This document shows, one piece after another, positions 39,900-49,799 of a stretch of 64,000 nt of DNA. A program made the translations under genes and the position numbers. The stretch lies in contig CAYYKL010000001.1 of the NCBI GenBank assembly GCA_964441155.1, forward strand, positions 216,393 to 280,392. Direction: 5' to 3'. Below the pieces are notes generated by a model. The model was given only the letters and a program-made list of their open reading frames with translations. It was not told the DNA's origin and did not search any database. The DNA is from an uncultured Pseudomonadales bacterium (GTDB lineage Bacteria; Patescibacteriota; Microgenomatia; UBA1400; RBG-16-45-19). How positions within the stretch are numbered: position 1 is the first letter of the stretch; each line of letters begins with the position of its first letter.

Positions 39900-41063
39900 T
39901 TAGTTTTCTTGCTGAAAATCGCGAAGCAATGTTTGTGCGGAAAGCAGGTTTTGGTTATACAGCACTGCTTTTTCATATTCTTGCCTCGCTGCTGGACGGT
40001 TACCACGTTGTTCGTGAGCTTGGCCGCGCAACATATAGAGCTCCGAAAAGGCTTTGTTTGGGCCGCTTAGAATTCCATTGGTTAACGCAAACACTTTGTC
40101 GTACTCGCCCACATGAAGATACGCTTCAATTGGTTGAATTTGATACCACAACATGCGCTGCGATAAGGCAGGAGCGACTTGTTCATATAATTGAACTGCT
40201 TGTTCATATTTTCCCAGGTGAAACGCAGCAATACTTTGATTAAACACATGGACACTATTTTGTGGATCTAGTTCAAGCTCATCTTCTGTTTGCTCATAAA
40301 ACAACTCCCACGCCTTCGATGCGCTGGCCAAATCCCCAAGCATATTCTCTAACTCTTCCGCCTTCTCAAGCGGAGCAATAACCAAAAATTCAGATTGAAA
40401 TGGCAACCATAAATTTTCAAAATCAGAGTAATCGTAGCGCAATCCTTTCCCCTGAAGTGAGTCATCCTGAATCAACTCTTGAGTTTGATCATCATACCCA
40501 CGAATGACCCGATAGTGCCCAATATCATCGGTAGCATTCAACCAGGTTCTCACTAGAACTGGATAATCATGAGCAATCAACAATTTAGTGAGTGTTATTG
40601 ATCCACCGGGTCGATGATATGCACTAAAGCCTCTGCGCTCTGCCTCAAGCGCGAGCTCAGAAATCGTGACCGACTTGTCATCTTCAATCCCTTGCGGATG
40701 CTGGCGAGGACGCAACAAATCTCCCAATTCTTTCTGACTGATGTTTGTGCCATGGTAGGAGAAAAGCATTGAGAGGCTGGCTGGTCCGCAGTTGTTGAAA
40801 GTTTGAAACGCGTGCAGTTGCTGGGGAATTTCATAGTTAGTGGGAAGCGGGGCTGGAGATGATGTTGGCGAAGGCTTTCTCGCGGAAGATGGCTTTATGA
40901 TACTTTCGAGAGTGGTGCTGTTTTCACTTGTAACTTGAACTGATGCTGAGAGAAAGTTAAGCGCAAGAAGAGTGAGCAATACCACCAAGCCAAGGCCGCC
41001 CACAAAAATCGCGAGCGCTATTTTCGTAACCTCACTGTGATAAATATTGAGCAAGCGTTTCAT
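39900..41063 (-). CDS. membrane-anchored papain-like (peptidase C39-like) domain protein with C-terminal TPR repeats
   Basis: NNCGPASLSMLF (Cys), DDIGHYRVIRGYDD (His/Asp), and TPR-like helices. Confidence 0.55.
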   Translation of the reverse strand: MKRLLNIYHSEVTKIALAIFVGGLGLVVLLTLLALNFLSASVQVTSENSTTLESIIKPSSARKPSPTSSPAPLPTNYEIPQQLHAFQTFNNCGPASLSMLFSYHGTNISQKELGDLLRPRQHPQGIEDDKSVTISELALEAERRGFSAYHRPGGSITLTKLLIAHDYPVLVRTWLNATDDIGHYRVIRGYDDQTQELIQDDSLQGKGLRYDYSDFENLWLPFQSEFLVIAPLEKAEELENMLGDLASASKAWELFYEQTEDELELDPQNSVHVFNQSIAAFHLGKYEQAVQLYEQVAPALSQRMLWYQIQPIEAYLHVGEYDKVFALTNGILSGPNKAFSELYMLRGQAHEQRGNRPAARQEYEKAVLYNQNLLSAQTLLRDFQQEN

Positions 41064-41116
41064 CCGCTTCTATGGTACCAGTCTCCACAAGCTCAACTGT
41101 TATCTCGTCACCAAGG

Positions 41117-41875
41117 TTAGCGATCTAGACGTTTTCGATATGACACACTTGCTAGGGCTGACAAAATAAGCACAAGAACAGATAATCCCACAACATTTCG
41201 AATTGCAATTATTTCAGGATGTTTCTGGGTGATGCCAATAATAGCCCAGATAACAACTCCAGAAACAATTACATCGCGCTCGCGCCATTGGAACAAAAGT
41301 GCTAGGACTGTTGCCACACAAATCATGACTATAGTCCAAAAAAGTGCGGACATGCCAAATTGATTCCAATTGAAGTCATAGAGCACGACACTTACATTGG
41401 CAATCGTGGCCACACATATCCAGCCTAAGTAGAGGCTAAAGGGAAACTTGTACCACAGAGGTGAATATTTTTTGCTCGAAATAAGATGGGTGACTTCTTT
41501 GTAGATGGCAATTAGGGTCAGCAATAACCCAATCATTATTCCTAGGCTGACCACTAAATACTGATACTGCCATGCCAGGATCCAGGCACTGTTTAACATG
41601 AAGTTGCCAAGTGTGAGCTCGCGCAAGTGGTTTAGTTTGACGTCAGACAAGGCGTTGGGTCGCAGTTGATACAGGCTAAAGCCTGCGAGGCTCACGTAGA
41701 TAAGTGACCAAATACTAAACACATATCCAGCGGGTGTGAATAAGACGGGGTACAGGTCGGAAATACTACCGGTGTCAATGCCATTAAGCGCCCCACTTGC
41801 CGCAAAGCCATTAGTCACTAGAGTGATCAAAAGAACGATTGGAACAGCTAATGCCAAGATTTTAGTTTTATTCAT
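41117..41875 (-). CDS. TspO/MBR-like tryptophan-rich membrane protein (extended)
   Basis: FTPAGYVFSIWSLIY and many Trp residues. 252 aa. Confidence 0.45.
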   Translation of the reverse strand: MNKTKILALAVPIVLLITLVTNGFAASGALNGIDTGSISDLYPVLFTPAGYVFSIWSLIYVSLAGFSLYQLRPNALSDVKLNHLRELTLGNFMLNSAWILAWQYQYLVVSLGIMIGLLLTLIAIYKEVTHLISSKKYSPLWYKFPFSLYLGWICVATIANVSVVLYDFNWNQFGMSALFWTIVMICVATVLALLFQWRERDVIVSGVVIWAIIGITQKHPEIIAIRNVVGLSVLVLILSALASVSYRKRLDR

Positions 41876-42192
41876 AATGATTTCATTCTATCAACAATCA
41901 GCACATACTGTGCGAACCCTAATTCGATGCAATGCTTTCACTTTACGGCTGCACCATAAACTCATGGCACCGAAGTAGGAATTTCTTCTAACTATGCTTG
42001 CTTGGTTAGAATCGGTTGTGGTAAAACTGGTGAATAAATCAGGCAAGAATTTCATCACGTCTGTTCTGCAAATTATCTTTACCAATTAGTCCGAAAGTGA
42101 AAAATATGTTTAGCGCACTAGAACTCATTAAAGATCAAATCAAAAACACCTGAGAAACATTTGAAGGCACAGTTGCCGATATAACTCCAGAT

Positions 42193-42639
42193 ATGTTGAC
42201 CAAAGACCCTGGTGGTAAAGCCTTTCCCCTTGGTGCGACGTGGGCACACCTCGTTTTCTCGGAAGATGTAATTGTCCAGGGAATGATGCAAGGCAAAGCT
42301 CCTTTGCATGCAACCACCTGGGAAGGCAAAACTGGCTCAAGCGCGCCCATGCCTGCAATGGACGAGAACTGGTCACAAAATAATGAGACTTGGTCAAAAT
42401 CCGTTGTTATAGATTTGCCGCTTTTCCGCTCCTATGAACAAGCGGTCTACGCTGCCACCGATGCCTATGTTGCTAGTTTGAAAGATGAAGACTTGGAGAA
42501 AGAAGTCGATTTGGGTCATGAAGGCAAAAGAACCTTGGCACACTTACTCAGCTCCTTTGTCATCGGTCACACCAATAATTTGGCTGAAGAAATCTCCGTG
42601 CTCAAAGGGATCCAAGGCAAAAAAGGCTATCAGTTTTAA
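42193..42639 (+). CDS. DinB/YfiT-like (DinB_2) protein; possibly N-terminally truncated by an in-frame TGA at 42151 (extended frame 42106-42639)
   Basis: ATWAHLVFSEDV matches the DinB_2 HxxxxED motif. An upstream in-frame ATG at 42106 continues the family-like N-terminus (MFSALELIKDQIKNT*ETFEG). Confidence 0.5.
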   Translation: MLTKDPGGKAFPLGATWAHLVFSEDVIVQGMMQGKAPLHATTWEGKTGSSAPMPAMDENWSQNNETWSKSVVIDLPLFRSYEQAVYAATDAYVASLKDEDLEKEVDLGHEGKRTLAHLLSSFVIGHTNNLAEEISVLKGIQGKKGYQF

Positions 42640-42680
42640 GCAGAATCAAACGTCATGCTACCCAGGGTTATACTAAAAAC

Positions 42681-43100
42681 ATGATCAAACCCTTGCTTGT
42701 TGTAGTATTGATTCTGGGAGCGCTGTTTGGAGGTTATCGATTATCACAGCCTGATTCGTGCGGAGCCGCATGCGATGTGAACATTTCCACAGTTAAGCCA
42801 GCTGAATTTGCAAAGCAAACCAAAGAAGCAAATATTGTTGTACTGGATGTTCGCACCAAAGAAGAGTTTGATCAGGGACATCTTGCGGGTGCTGTGAATA
42901 TTGATATCAATAACACTACTGCTTTTAATGACTTTGTGAGCCATCTTGATAAAAATAAAAAGTATTTAGTCTATTGCCGCTCGGGAAACCGCTCAGGCCA
43001 AGCCATGAAAATGATGCAAGACAAAGGCTTCACCCAGATCACTAACCTCGACGGCGGGATTCAATCCTGGCAAAGTGCTGGACATGGATTAGAATTATAA
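42681..43100 (+). CDS. rhodanese-domain sulfurtransferase, membrane-anchored/secreted
   Basis: Active-site loop CRSGNRS; N-terminal TM/signal. Confidence 0.8.
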   Translation: MIKPLLVVVLILGALFGGYRLSQPDSCGAACDVNISTVKPAEFAKQTKEANIVVLDVRTKEEFDQGHLAGAVNIDINNTTAFNDFVSHLDKNKKYLVYCRSGNRSGQAMKMMQDKGFTQITNLDGGIQSWQSAGHGLEL

Positions 43101-43166
43101 TAAATATAATCTCAATTCATACGATGCTTTATTGTATAAGTGTCTTGATTAAAATATCATTAATTA

Positions 43167-44075
43167 ATGACCAGCAATTTAAATGATGGCACTACAACAC
43201 AACATTTCCCTGAGACTATTCAGCAATCATCTCCTTCTGGAATACCGAATCAATCGACATCAATCGATCCGATACGAAGCCAACAAAATTCTCTTAAAAA
43301 ATCATCAAGAACAAAAATATTTCTTTTCATTGGTATCATCGCGTGTTTTTTAAGCGCCGGCATTTGTATAGCTATAAGTATCCAGCAGAAAAAGTTAGCA
43401 GAATTAATTTCGATAAACCAAGCAAAAGATTTAGAACCAACAGTAAAAATTCAGCCAACTATTTTCCCAACGTTTTTTCCTAATCCAAGTGTGACCGAAT
43501 CTGCACGAAGTGATTCAAGCACAACTCAGCTCATGAATATGGTCGCCGCCGGATCACAAATGATGGGAGCTTTTTCGTATGTGGGCATGTATGCAGATGG
43601 TGATTTTCTAAAGATAAACAATTTTCCCTCTGCAAAATCAAATGCTGGCTGCCTCGAAGGGAACGTGGTCACAAGCAAATATATGGAGATAGAAGATTAT
43701 ATAAAAATGTCGGGAATCATGGATATGGCATATACACCAAGCGAGCCGGAGGATGGATTGCTCTGCGATGGTTCTTCAACGCTTTTCATCAGGCATAATG
43801 GGAAGGAATACAGCTTTAGAAATCCTTGTACCCGCAGTCCATCTGCTGCAGATGAAAAAATTGAACAACTTAAGCATGATATTTTTTCAAAACTAGCGTT
43901 GATTCTCGAAGAAAATAGTGGAACATCATGCGCAGAAGGTGGGTATATACATGTGAATAAATCAGACTATTTTTGCGAAAAACCTCAAATCAAAACTTTC
44001 AACGGTACTTCGAATTTGCCTAGTTATTTGGCCAATACGATCAATAATAGAAAAGAATATGCATTCACTGGATAA
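43167..44075 (+). CDS. hypothetical single-pass membrane protein with a Cys-containing extracytoplasmic domain
   Basis: 302-aa ORF, one TM, in the low-GC stretch. Confidence 0.35.
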   Translation: MTSNLNDGTTTQHFPETIQQSSPSGIPNQSTSIDPIRSQQNSLKKSSRTKIFLFIGIIACFLSAGICIAISIQQKKLAELISINQAKDLEPTVKIQPTIFPTFFPNPSVTESARSDSSTTQLMNMVAAGSQMMGAFSYVGMYADGDFLKINNFPSAKSNAGCLEGNVVTSKYMEIEDYIKMSGIMDMAYTPSEPEDGLLCDGSSTLFIRHNGKEYSFRNPCTRSPSAADEKIEQLKHDIFSKLALILEENSGTSCAEGGYIHVNKSDYFCEKPQIKTFNGTSNLPSYLANTINNRKEYAFTG

Positions 44076-44403
44076 ATTAATGAGCAGGTAAAATCATGGA
44101 ATTATCAAACGTTTAAAATAGGTGACTCCTGCTACTTCACAAGACTATACCAATACGCAAGCAATAATTTTGAAGATTTTTATGAAAATAATTAATTTCT
44201 GCTCATGCATGCTTTTTTTGTTGCCGGACTAGATATCCCAGATCTCTTCGCATCTGGATACACTTTTCATGCAGTTCACGCTTGATGTGCAGATTCTCAC
44301 CTACGATTCGATTCTTAAATTAAACGAATTAGTATTTCCACATTATTCGTTTTTAACTCATTCGACATATTGCTAAAGATTTTGCTTCACTGCGCACGTA
44401 AAA

Positions 44404-44859
44404 CTATTGTCTTAACTTTTGGCAACTACCATCGTATTTAATTTGTATATTATGCCATGCTTCGGAACGATAATACTCCTCATCACAGTTGCTGATTGAT
44501 ACTTGAAGTTCATTTTCGCTAATCCATGAAGCTTGTAACGAATCCAATGGCCCATTAGTAGAAATTACAGATTTTGCCATGCCTTTTCGGAAACTTAATA
44601 TTTGAGAAAAGCTAAATGGAGTTGTGGCATCTATTATGGATATGCTCGAAACAAATCCTGTGGTTGCGCCGCCGTTAGATTCTGAGACTTGGGCATAATA
44701 TGATTTGTCGGGAGAATATACCCTAGGTGAAAAAGTAATCGTCAATTTATAGACAATCGTAAGCCAAAAGAAAGGAGTGAGCACAATGAGGAGCGAAAAT
44801 GTAAATAATGAAATCAACATTCGTGGCAGCTTAGACTTTTCAAAGTTTTCATTGGTCAT
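44404..44859 (-). CDS. hypothetical membrane protein
   Basis: 151-aa ORF with an N-terminal TM. Lies between the tRNA-Gln 3' end and a partial repeat of that end. Confidence 0.3.
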   Translation of the reverse strand: MTNENFEKSKLPRMLISLFTFSLLIVLTPFFWLTIVYKLTITFSPRVYSPDKSYYAQVSESNGGATTGFVSSISIIDATTPFSFSQILSFRKGMAKSVISTNGPLDSLQASWISENELQVSISNCDEEYYRSEAWHNIQIKYDGSCQKLRQ

Positions 44860-44950
44860 ACGACTTACTATATCAAATGGCTTGTGCGCTGCCTTTTCAA
44901 AGACAAATCAATTTAAAAACTAGAATTTTTATCCGACTTTTTTTATTGAG

Positions 44951-45021
44951 CTGCCGGACTAGGATTCGAACCTAGAATACCTGATTCAGAGTCAGGCGTG
45001 ATGCCATTTCACCATCCGGCA
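44951..45021 (-). tRNA. tRNA-Gln (anticodon CUG)
   Basis: Cloverleaf folded by hand from the reverse complement: acceptor UGCCGGA/UCCGGCA (U1:A72, G73 discriminator, as in bacterial tRNA-Gln); D stem GUGA/UCAC; anticodon stem CCUGA/UCAGG with loop CUCUGAA; T arm CUAGG-UUCGAAU-CCUAG. No encoded CCA. Confidence 0.8.
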
Positions 45022-45317
45022 ATGCATACTTAGAATTTTACAGGATTAGCAAAATTATTTTCGCTCTAATAGATTAATCTAAGATTAACCATTTCACCCT
45101 CCTTCATACCAGATGTTGCGCTACTTTAGGCTTGTTCAGCCAGATCGCAAATCTGGATATTCTGGAGGACAGGCCATCCGGCAAAACTGGATATGTGACT
45201 TTTGACATTCGACTTTCGACAAAATGCAAATCACCAGACCAAATTGTACGTGCAACTTGATGAAAGATCAAACATTCCTTAATTGCATTAACCACCAAGC
45301 TTGATTAAAGTGATGAT

Positions 45318-46424
45318 ATGGATAACTTTTCTATTGATTCATCGAGCACAAGCCAATACTCCTACCTTCCGAAAAAAACTGTGATTGTCATCATTGCCAT
45401 TTTATTGTGCGGTTTTGTTGCAACGTTTATTAGTGGGTTTTATTTGTCAGATGTATTCTCCAGAGAAAAACCTACCGCAGGCCTACAAAATGAACTCAAT
45501 CCATCTCCCACTGAGACACCGACTGAAGCAAATGACATTTTGGAAGAAATTCAAGAATCAACAAATTTTATTCCAGGCATGAATTTTTTTGACGACACTA
45601 TCATGCTGGTGAGCAAACAGGAGCCACATATAAGCTTGATTGCCACAGCAACAAGGCATCAAAATGAACAGGGATATACTCAAAACACTCGAGTAAGTTA
45701 TTTTAATGGCAAGGATTGGACTAGAAAATTAGCTCAAAATGCTACCAGCGATTCTGCCATTGTCAGCAATATTCTTGTCAAACGATGGGAAATTGACATT
45801 AACAAATCCAGAGTATTAAAACAACGCGTGGATGGTGAGATATCAATAGGAGGCGACGCGCTTACTTTTTCAACCAGTGAACTTGAAAACGAAATTGGTA
45901 TGCGTAGTTTGCCTGGATATACAAAATTCATGTCGAATGGTTCGGGAACACTCAAGGTGAATGGCAACAACTTAGCTGTTCATGTTTTATACACCAGAAT
46001 TTATTCACTTAATTCGGCGGACATCCAGTTTTATAACCAACCCCTTGGTCTTACCACTGATTGGGTTGCCTTTTGGGACAATCAAGGCAACTTTTATCAT
46101 ATTGATAACACACAAGTAGACAGACCAACGCCTATTTATGAATCTCATCAGATAGGGGTTTTAAAATCAGCAGACAGCAGTGTTCTTAAATCGTTTAGCC
46201 TCGAAGTTCAAAGGGATGGGAATACGCCCCCGACAGACTATGTGGTGAATATTCATAACCCCATTAGCAAAAAACTACGATTCTCACTGAAAAATAACAT
46301 CAACAAGTCCAGCAATAAATCTATGACTTGGTTTATGGGCAGCATAGCTGGCACTGTAATCGATGAGGCGAGCGAATCCACCATTGAAGGCTTCGGTTTA
46401 GTTGAATATATCCATAATCAATAA
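45318..46424 (+). CDS. hypothetical N-terminally anchored extracytoplasmic protein
   Basis: 368-aa ORF with an N-terminal TM, in low-GC DNA. Confidence 0.35.
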   Translation: MDNFSIDSSSTSQYSYLPKKTVIVIIAILLCGFVATFISGFYLSDVFSREKPTAGLQNELNPSPTETPTEANDILEEIQESTNFIPGMNFFDDTIMLVSKQEPHISLIATATRHQNEQGYTQNTRVSYFNGKDWTRKLAQNATSDSAIVSNILVKRWEIDINKSRVLKQRVDGEISIGGDALTFSTSELENEIGMRSLPGYTKFMSNGSGTLKVNGNNLAVHVLYTRIYSLNSADIQFYNQPLGLTTDWVAFWDNQGNFYHIDNTQVDRPTPIYESHQIGVLKSADSSVLKSFSLEVQRDGNTPPTDYVVNIHNPISKKLRFSLKNNINKSSNKSMTWFMGSIAGTVIDEASESTIEGFGLVEYIHNQ

Positions 46425-46711
46425 ATCGGCCTATATGGATTGAACAACTTTAGACAAATAATTAGTATTATCGCCATGAGAATTAGCAGACAAAGAATAA
46501 CACCGTAAACTTTGCTTTTAGATGCTCCCGTAAGCTTGCTCCATAATGTTCCTAAGCCCATGGCGGGTATAGAAATTCCTCCCATGAAGATGGCAACTAA
46601 TTTCACTATAGGAATGAGCAAAAGTGGCGGAAGCATTACAAGAGCGTGTGCTGAGCTTGGAAAAACAACTATAATCAATAAAAATACTAAAATAAAAACT
46701 ATTTTACCCAT
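46418..46711 (-). CDS. small hypothetical membrane protein
   Basis: 97 aa, three hydrophobic helices. Confidence 0.3.
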   Translation of the reverse strand: MGKIVFILVFLLIIVVFPSSAHALVMLPPLLLIPIVKLVAIFMGGISIPAMGLGTLWSKLTGASKSKVYGVILCLLILMAIILIICLKLFNPYRPIY

Positions 46712-46726
46712 ATATACTTACCATAC

Positions 46727-48088
46727 ATGAGTGCTAAACCAAATAACAGACATCAAGCTAGGTATTATTACGGAGGGCTAGCTGAAATTGTTAATACCCC
46801 TAGCCAACTTACCTATTCTTACATTAAGGAATGGTTTACAGGAGCTAATAGCTTAGGAATTGCAGCCAGCATGCTCAATTTGCCGTATTCGAAAACGAAT
46901 AATCCTGTTTTGGAACTCAGTAACGGGGAACTGGCCGTCAATTTGAAGAATGAAGAAAAAACGCTCTATGGATCGACCATAATGGAATATGAGGACTACT
47001 TTGATAGCAGCGCATTACCCCGGTTAAAACTAAATTTGATTAAGGCCTTAAATCCCAAGCGATTACTAGGGACAGCACAAATCCTCTTCACTCAAGCCTC
47101 CTGGGTCGCACATTCCGAAAAAACAATCGCTTATGCCCAGCATTTAATAGATACATTTCCTGCTGAACCTAAGACAGCTAATTTGGATCAACTTAATGTT
47201 CTCATTTCAAATAAAGTGTGGCCAAGAGTGATTGCTGTGGGCATGTTAAGTGAATTTTTTCATCAAATGACGTTGAAAGAAGCTAAATCAGAGAGTGCTC
47301 AAGTTTCAAGTTATATTAGTTTTCATCTGAGTAAAAAGGATTGGTTTTTTCAATCAATTGCAGATCAACTCAAAGTAAAGAAGGGGGAAATGTCGTTTGA
47401 AACATATATTCTTTCATATGGAATTAGGGCTGATCGAGATTTTGAGCTTACTAGTCCCCGCTGGCACGAAATTCCCGATACTATAAAAGCTAGAATTGAC
47501 GAATCATTTGAAGATGGTGGCAAAATCCAAATCACACCCCACATAGACAATAAAAAAATCCTTGAGCTTGCAAACCACACCATCACTTTACAGATGTTGA
47601 GATCGATTGCTAAGCAAAAAGCACTGTTGCAGTTTAATCAACTTCGACAACAACTTCTGGGAACGCAAATTTTCGTCGACTCTGATACATTCTCTACCAA
47701 AGAGACCTCAACAAAATCATCCAATAAACAGGCGGAAATAACTCATACGTTAGAAGCGGATTTAGTTGATGATGTTAGTCCAACGCAGGGCATTGGGACA
47801 TCTGTTTCTCGAGGTAATGCTACAGGGAAAGTGATGCATATTATCTCAAATGATGTTCAAGTTCCTCCAGGTGTAGTGGGTATTTTCCCTAATGCAAGTC
47901 CTGAGTTTGCTATTCAGTATCCAAAATGCGTTGGGTTAATTTTTTTACGAGGTGGTCAAACTTCTCATGGTTCTATAGTCGCCCGAGAATTTGCCATACC
48001 AGCAATTATTGACAAGCACGCTGCATATATTCCAGAAAATTCAAGCGTAGCGCTTAACGCTACTCATGGAGAATGGAAAATATTATGA
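46727..48088 (+). CDS. PEP-utilising-enzyme mobile (phosphohistidine swivel) domain protein with a ~350-aa N-terminal domain of unknown function
   Basis: C-terminal GNATGKV...LIFLRGGQTSHGSIVAREFAIPAI is the PEP-utilizers phosphohistidine motif (GGxTSH[AG]AIxARExGIP). Confidence 0.65.
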   Translation: MSAKPNNRHQARYYYGGLAEIVNTPSQLTYSYIKEWFTGANSLGIAASMLNLPYSKTNNPVLELSNGELAVNLKNEEKTLYGSTIMEYEDYFDSSALPRLKLNLIKALNPKRLLGTAQILFTQASWVAHSEKTIAYAQHLIDTFPAEPKTANLDQLNVLISNKVWPRVIAVGMLSEFFHQMTLKEAKSESAQVSSYISFHLSKKDWFFQSIADQLKVKKGEMSFETYILSYGIRADRDFELTSPRWHEIPDTIKARIDESFEDGGKIQITPHIDNKKILELANHTITLQMLRSIAKQKALLQFNQLRQQLLGTQIFVDSDTFSTKETSTKSSNKQAEITHTLEADLVDDVSPTQGIGTSVSRGNATGKVMHIISNDVQVPPGVVGIFPNASPEFAIQYPKCVGLIFLRGGQTSHGSIVAREFAIPAIIDKHAAYIPENSSVALNATHGEWKIL

Positions 48089-48942
48089 ATGAGATTATGT
48101 TTCTAAGTAAAATTTCCGAAAATGACCGTTCAAGGGTCGGCGGCAAAGCATTGTCACTGGCCATGTTAATCCACAATGGTTTTCCCGTGCCTAATGGGTT
48201 TGTCATTGCAACTAACAGCATAATTGGGCTTTCCCAGAATAAAGCATCACAAGAGATTGAAACAGCAATAATTCATGCCTTTGAAAAACTTGGCTCTACG
48301 CGCGTTGCTGTTCGATCTTCAGCGATAAGTGAAGATTCTGTAATTGCGTCATTCGCAGGCCAATATAAAACTATTCTTAATGTAACCAAAGAAAACCTAA
48401 TAACACGGGTACGAGAATGCGCTCAGTCAGCGACCGCGCTACATGTTGCAGAATACGAAAACACAATTGGCTTAAGCGCATCAACTGATCATATCGCCGT
48501 AATAGTTCAAAATATGGTGGATAGTGACATTTCTGGTGTAATGTTTACCTCAAATCCAGTTACGGGTAACCCCAATGAAGTCATGATCGAATGTATTTAT
48601 GGATTAGGTGAATTATTAGCACAAGGAAAAGTCACGCCCGCAAACTTTATTGTAGATAAACAGTCTGGCGCAATTCTCGCTAAAGAATCAAGTGATCAAG
48701 ATATCGTGATGAAGTATAAGACTGGAAAAACTCAAACCCACAAACTTAATAAAGATGTTTTTCCTTTAGAAATACTTAATTCAGCAGAAATCAGAAAATT
48801 GGTCACATTTGGACGAAAAATCGAATCACTTTTTGGAACTTCTCAAGACATAGAATGGGCAAAAGCAAGCGATGAATGGTGGATCTTACAATCTCGCCCA
48901 GTTACCACTAAGAAAGAAAATAATTGCTTGAATTTGATTTAG
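48073..48942 (+). CDS. pyruvate phosphate dikinase/PEP synthase-type ATP-grasp (PPDK_N) domain protein
   Basis: GGKALSLAMLIHNGFPVPNGFVI; RSSAISEDSVIASFAGQY; QDIEWAKASDEWWILQSRPVT. Its start overlaps the upstream gene by 16 bp. Confidence 0.75.
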   Translation: MENIMNEIMFLSKISENDRSRVGGKALSLAMLIHNGFPVPNGFVIATNSIIGLSQNKASQEIETAIIHAFEKLGSTRVAVRSSAISEDSVIASFAGQYKTILNVTKENLITRVRECAQSATALHVAEYENTIGLSASTDHIAVIVQNMVDSDISGVMFTSNPVTGNPNEVMIECIYGLGELLAQGKVTPANFIVDKQSGAILAKESSDQDIVMKYKTGKTQTHKLNKDVFPLEILNSAEIRKLVTFGRKIESLFGTSQDIEWAKASDEWWILQSRPVTTKKENNCLNLI

Positions 48943-49799
48943 AGAAACAGCAATAATAATCCCAGCGTTACTCCGGCAATCCCAACTACTTTTTTAGCGG
49001 TTAGCTCATCTTTGAAAATAAGCGCAGACATAAGAGTCAAAAGTGAAATTGACCCCGCATTTGCTGCGTTTACAAAACCTACATTAGGCGCACTATCAAA
49101 AGCAACTTGCATAAAATAATTAAACGTGGCCCCGCTTATACCGATTATCAATAAAGCCAACCATTGTCTGTTTGATCGATTTTTAATACTGATTTTTTTA
49201 ACAAACATTTCACCAGAAATGAGCAAGGTCACGATGACCATAGAGTAAACCAATCTTATAAGAATGGGGACACCAAGGTTGAGCAAGTATTTTGAACTCA
49301 GCGCAAGCATTCCCCAACAAAAGAATGCGCCCAAAGTGTAGGCAATCCAAGAACGATTGTTCTGATGTGTAGATTTACTTTTCTCGATGATTATCACTGC
49401 AGAGAATCCAATAATGAAACCAATGGCAACAATCGATTTTAATGTGAGTGGTGCATCAAACAGAAAAATTGAGGCTACTGCGGTAAAGACAACATAACTT
49501 TTAGAAATAATTAGGCTATATCCTGGGTTAGGCGAAAGCTGAATTCCTTTGAGCGAGAATACGTTTCCCAGGTAACTAAAGAAAATTGCTTGAACAACAA
49601 TCAGTGTTAACGCAAATGCTGAGATCGAGTAAGAAGTTGAAGTAGTTGCCAACATGAGAAGATATATAATTACAGGAATCAAAAACATGGCCAAATTATT
49701 TAGTTGGTTCGGAGTTTTTAAACTGTTACTCCAACGCACGGCCAAATACAAAACTACGGATGAAACGAACATGATTAAACTTGCTAGTATCCAATGCAT
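48939..49799 (-). CDS. DMT/EamA-like 10-TM transporter
   Basis: 286 aa with about 10 TM helices in two halves. Confidence 0.45.
   Translation of the reverse strand: MHWILASLIMFVSSVVLYLAVRWSNSLKTPNQLNNLAMFLIPVIIYLLMLATTSTSYSISAFALTLIVVQAIFFSYLGNVFSLKGIQLSPNPGYSLIISKSYVVFTAVASIFLFDAPLTLKSIVAIGFIIGFSAVIIIEKSKSTHQNNRSWIAYTLGAFFCWGMLALSSKYLLNLGVPILIRLVYSMVIVTLLISGEMFVKKISIKNRSNRQWLALLIIGISGATFNYFMQVAFDSAPNVGFVNAANAGSISLLTLMSALIFKDELTAKKVVGIAGVTLGLLLLFL

Noticed and set aside
45104-45298. 64-aa minus-strand ORF over the att-like repeat B
   Set aside because: It overlaps the hairpin and repeat region and has no RBS or motifs, so it is likely spurious.
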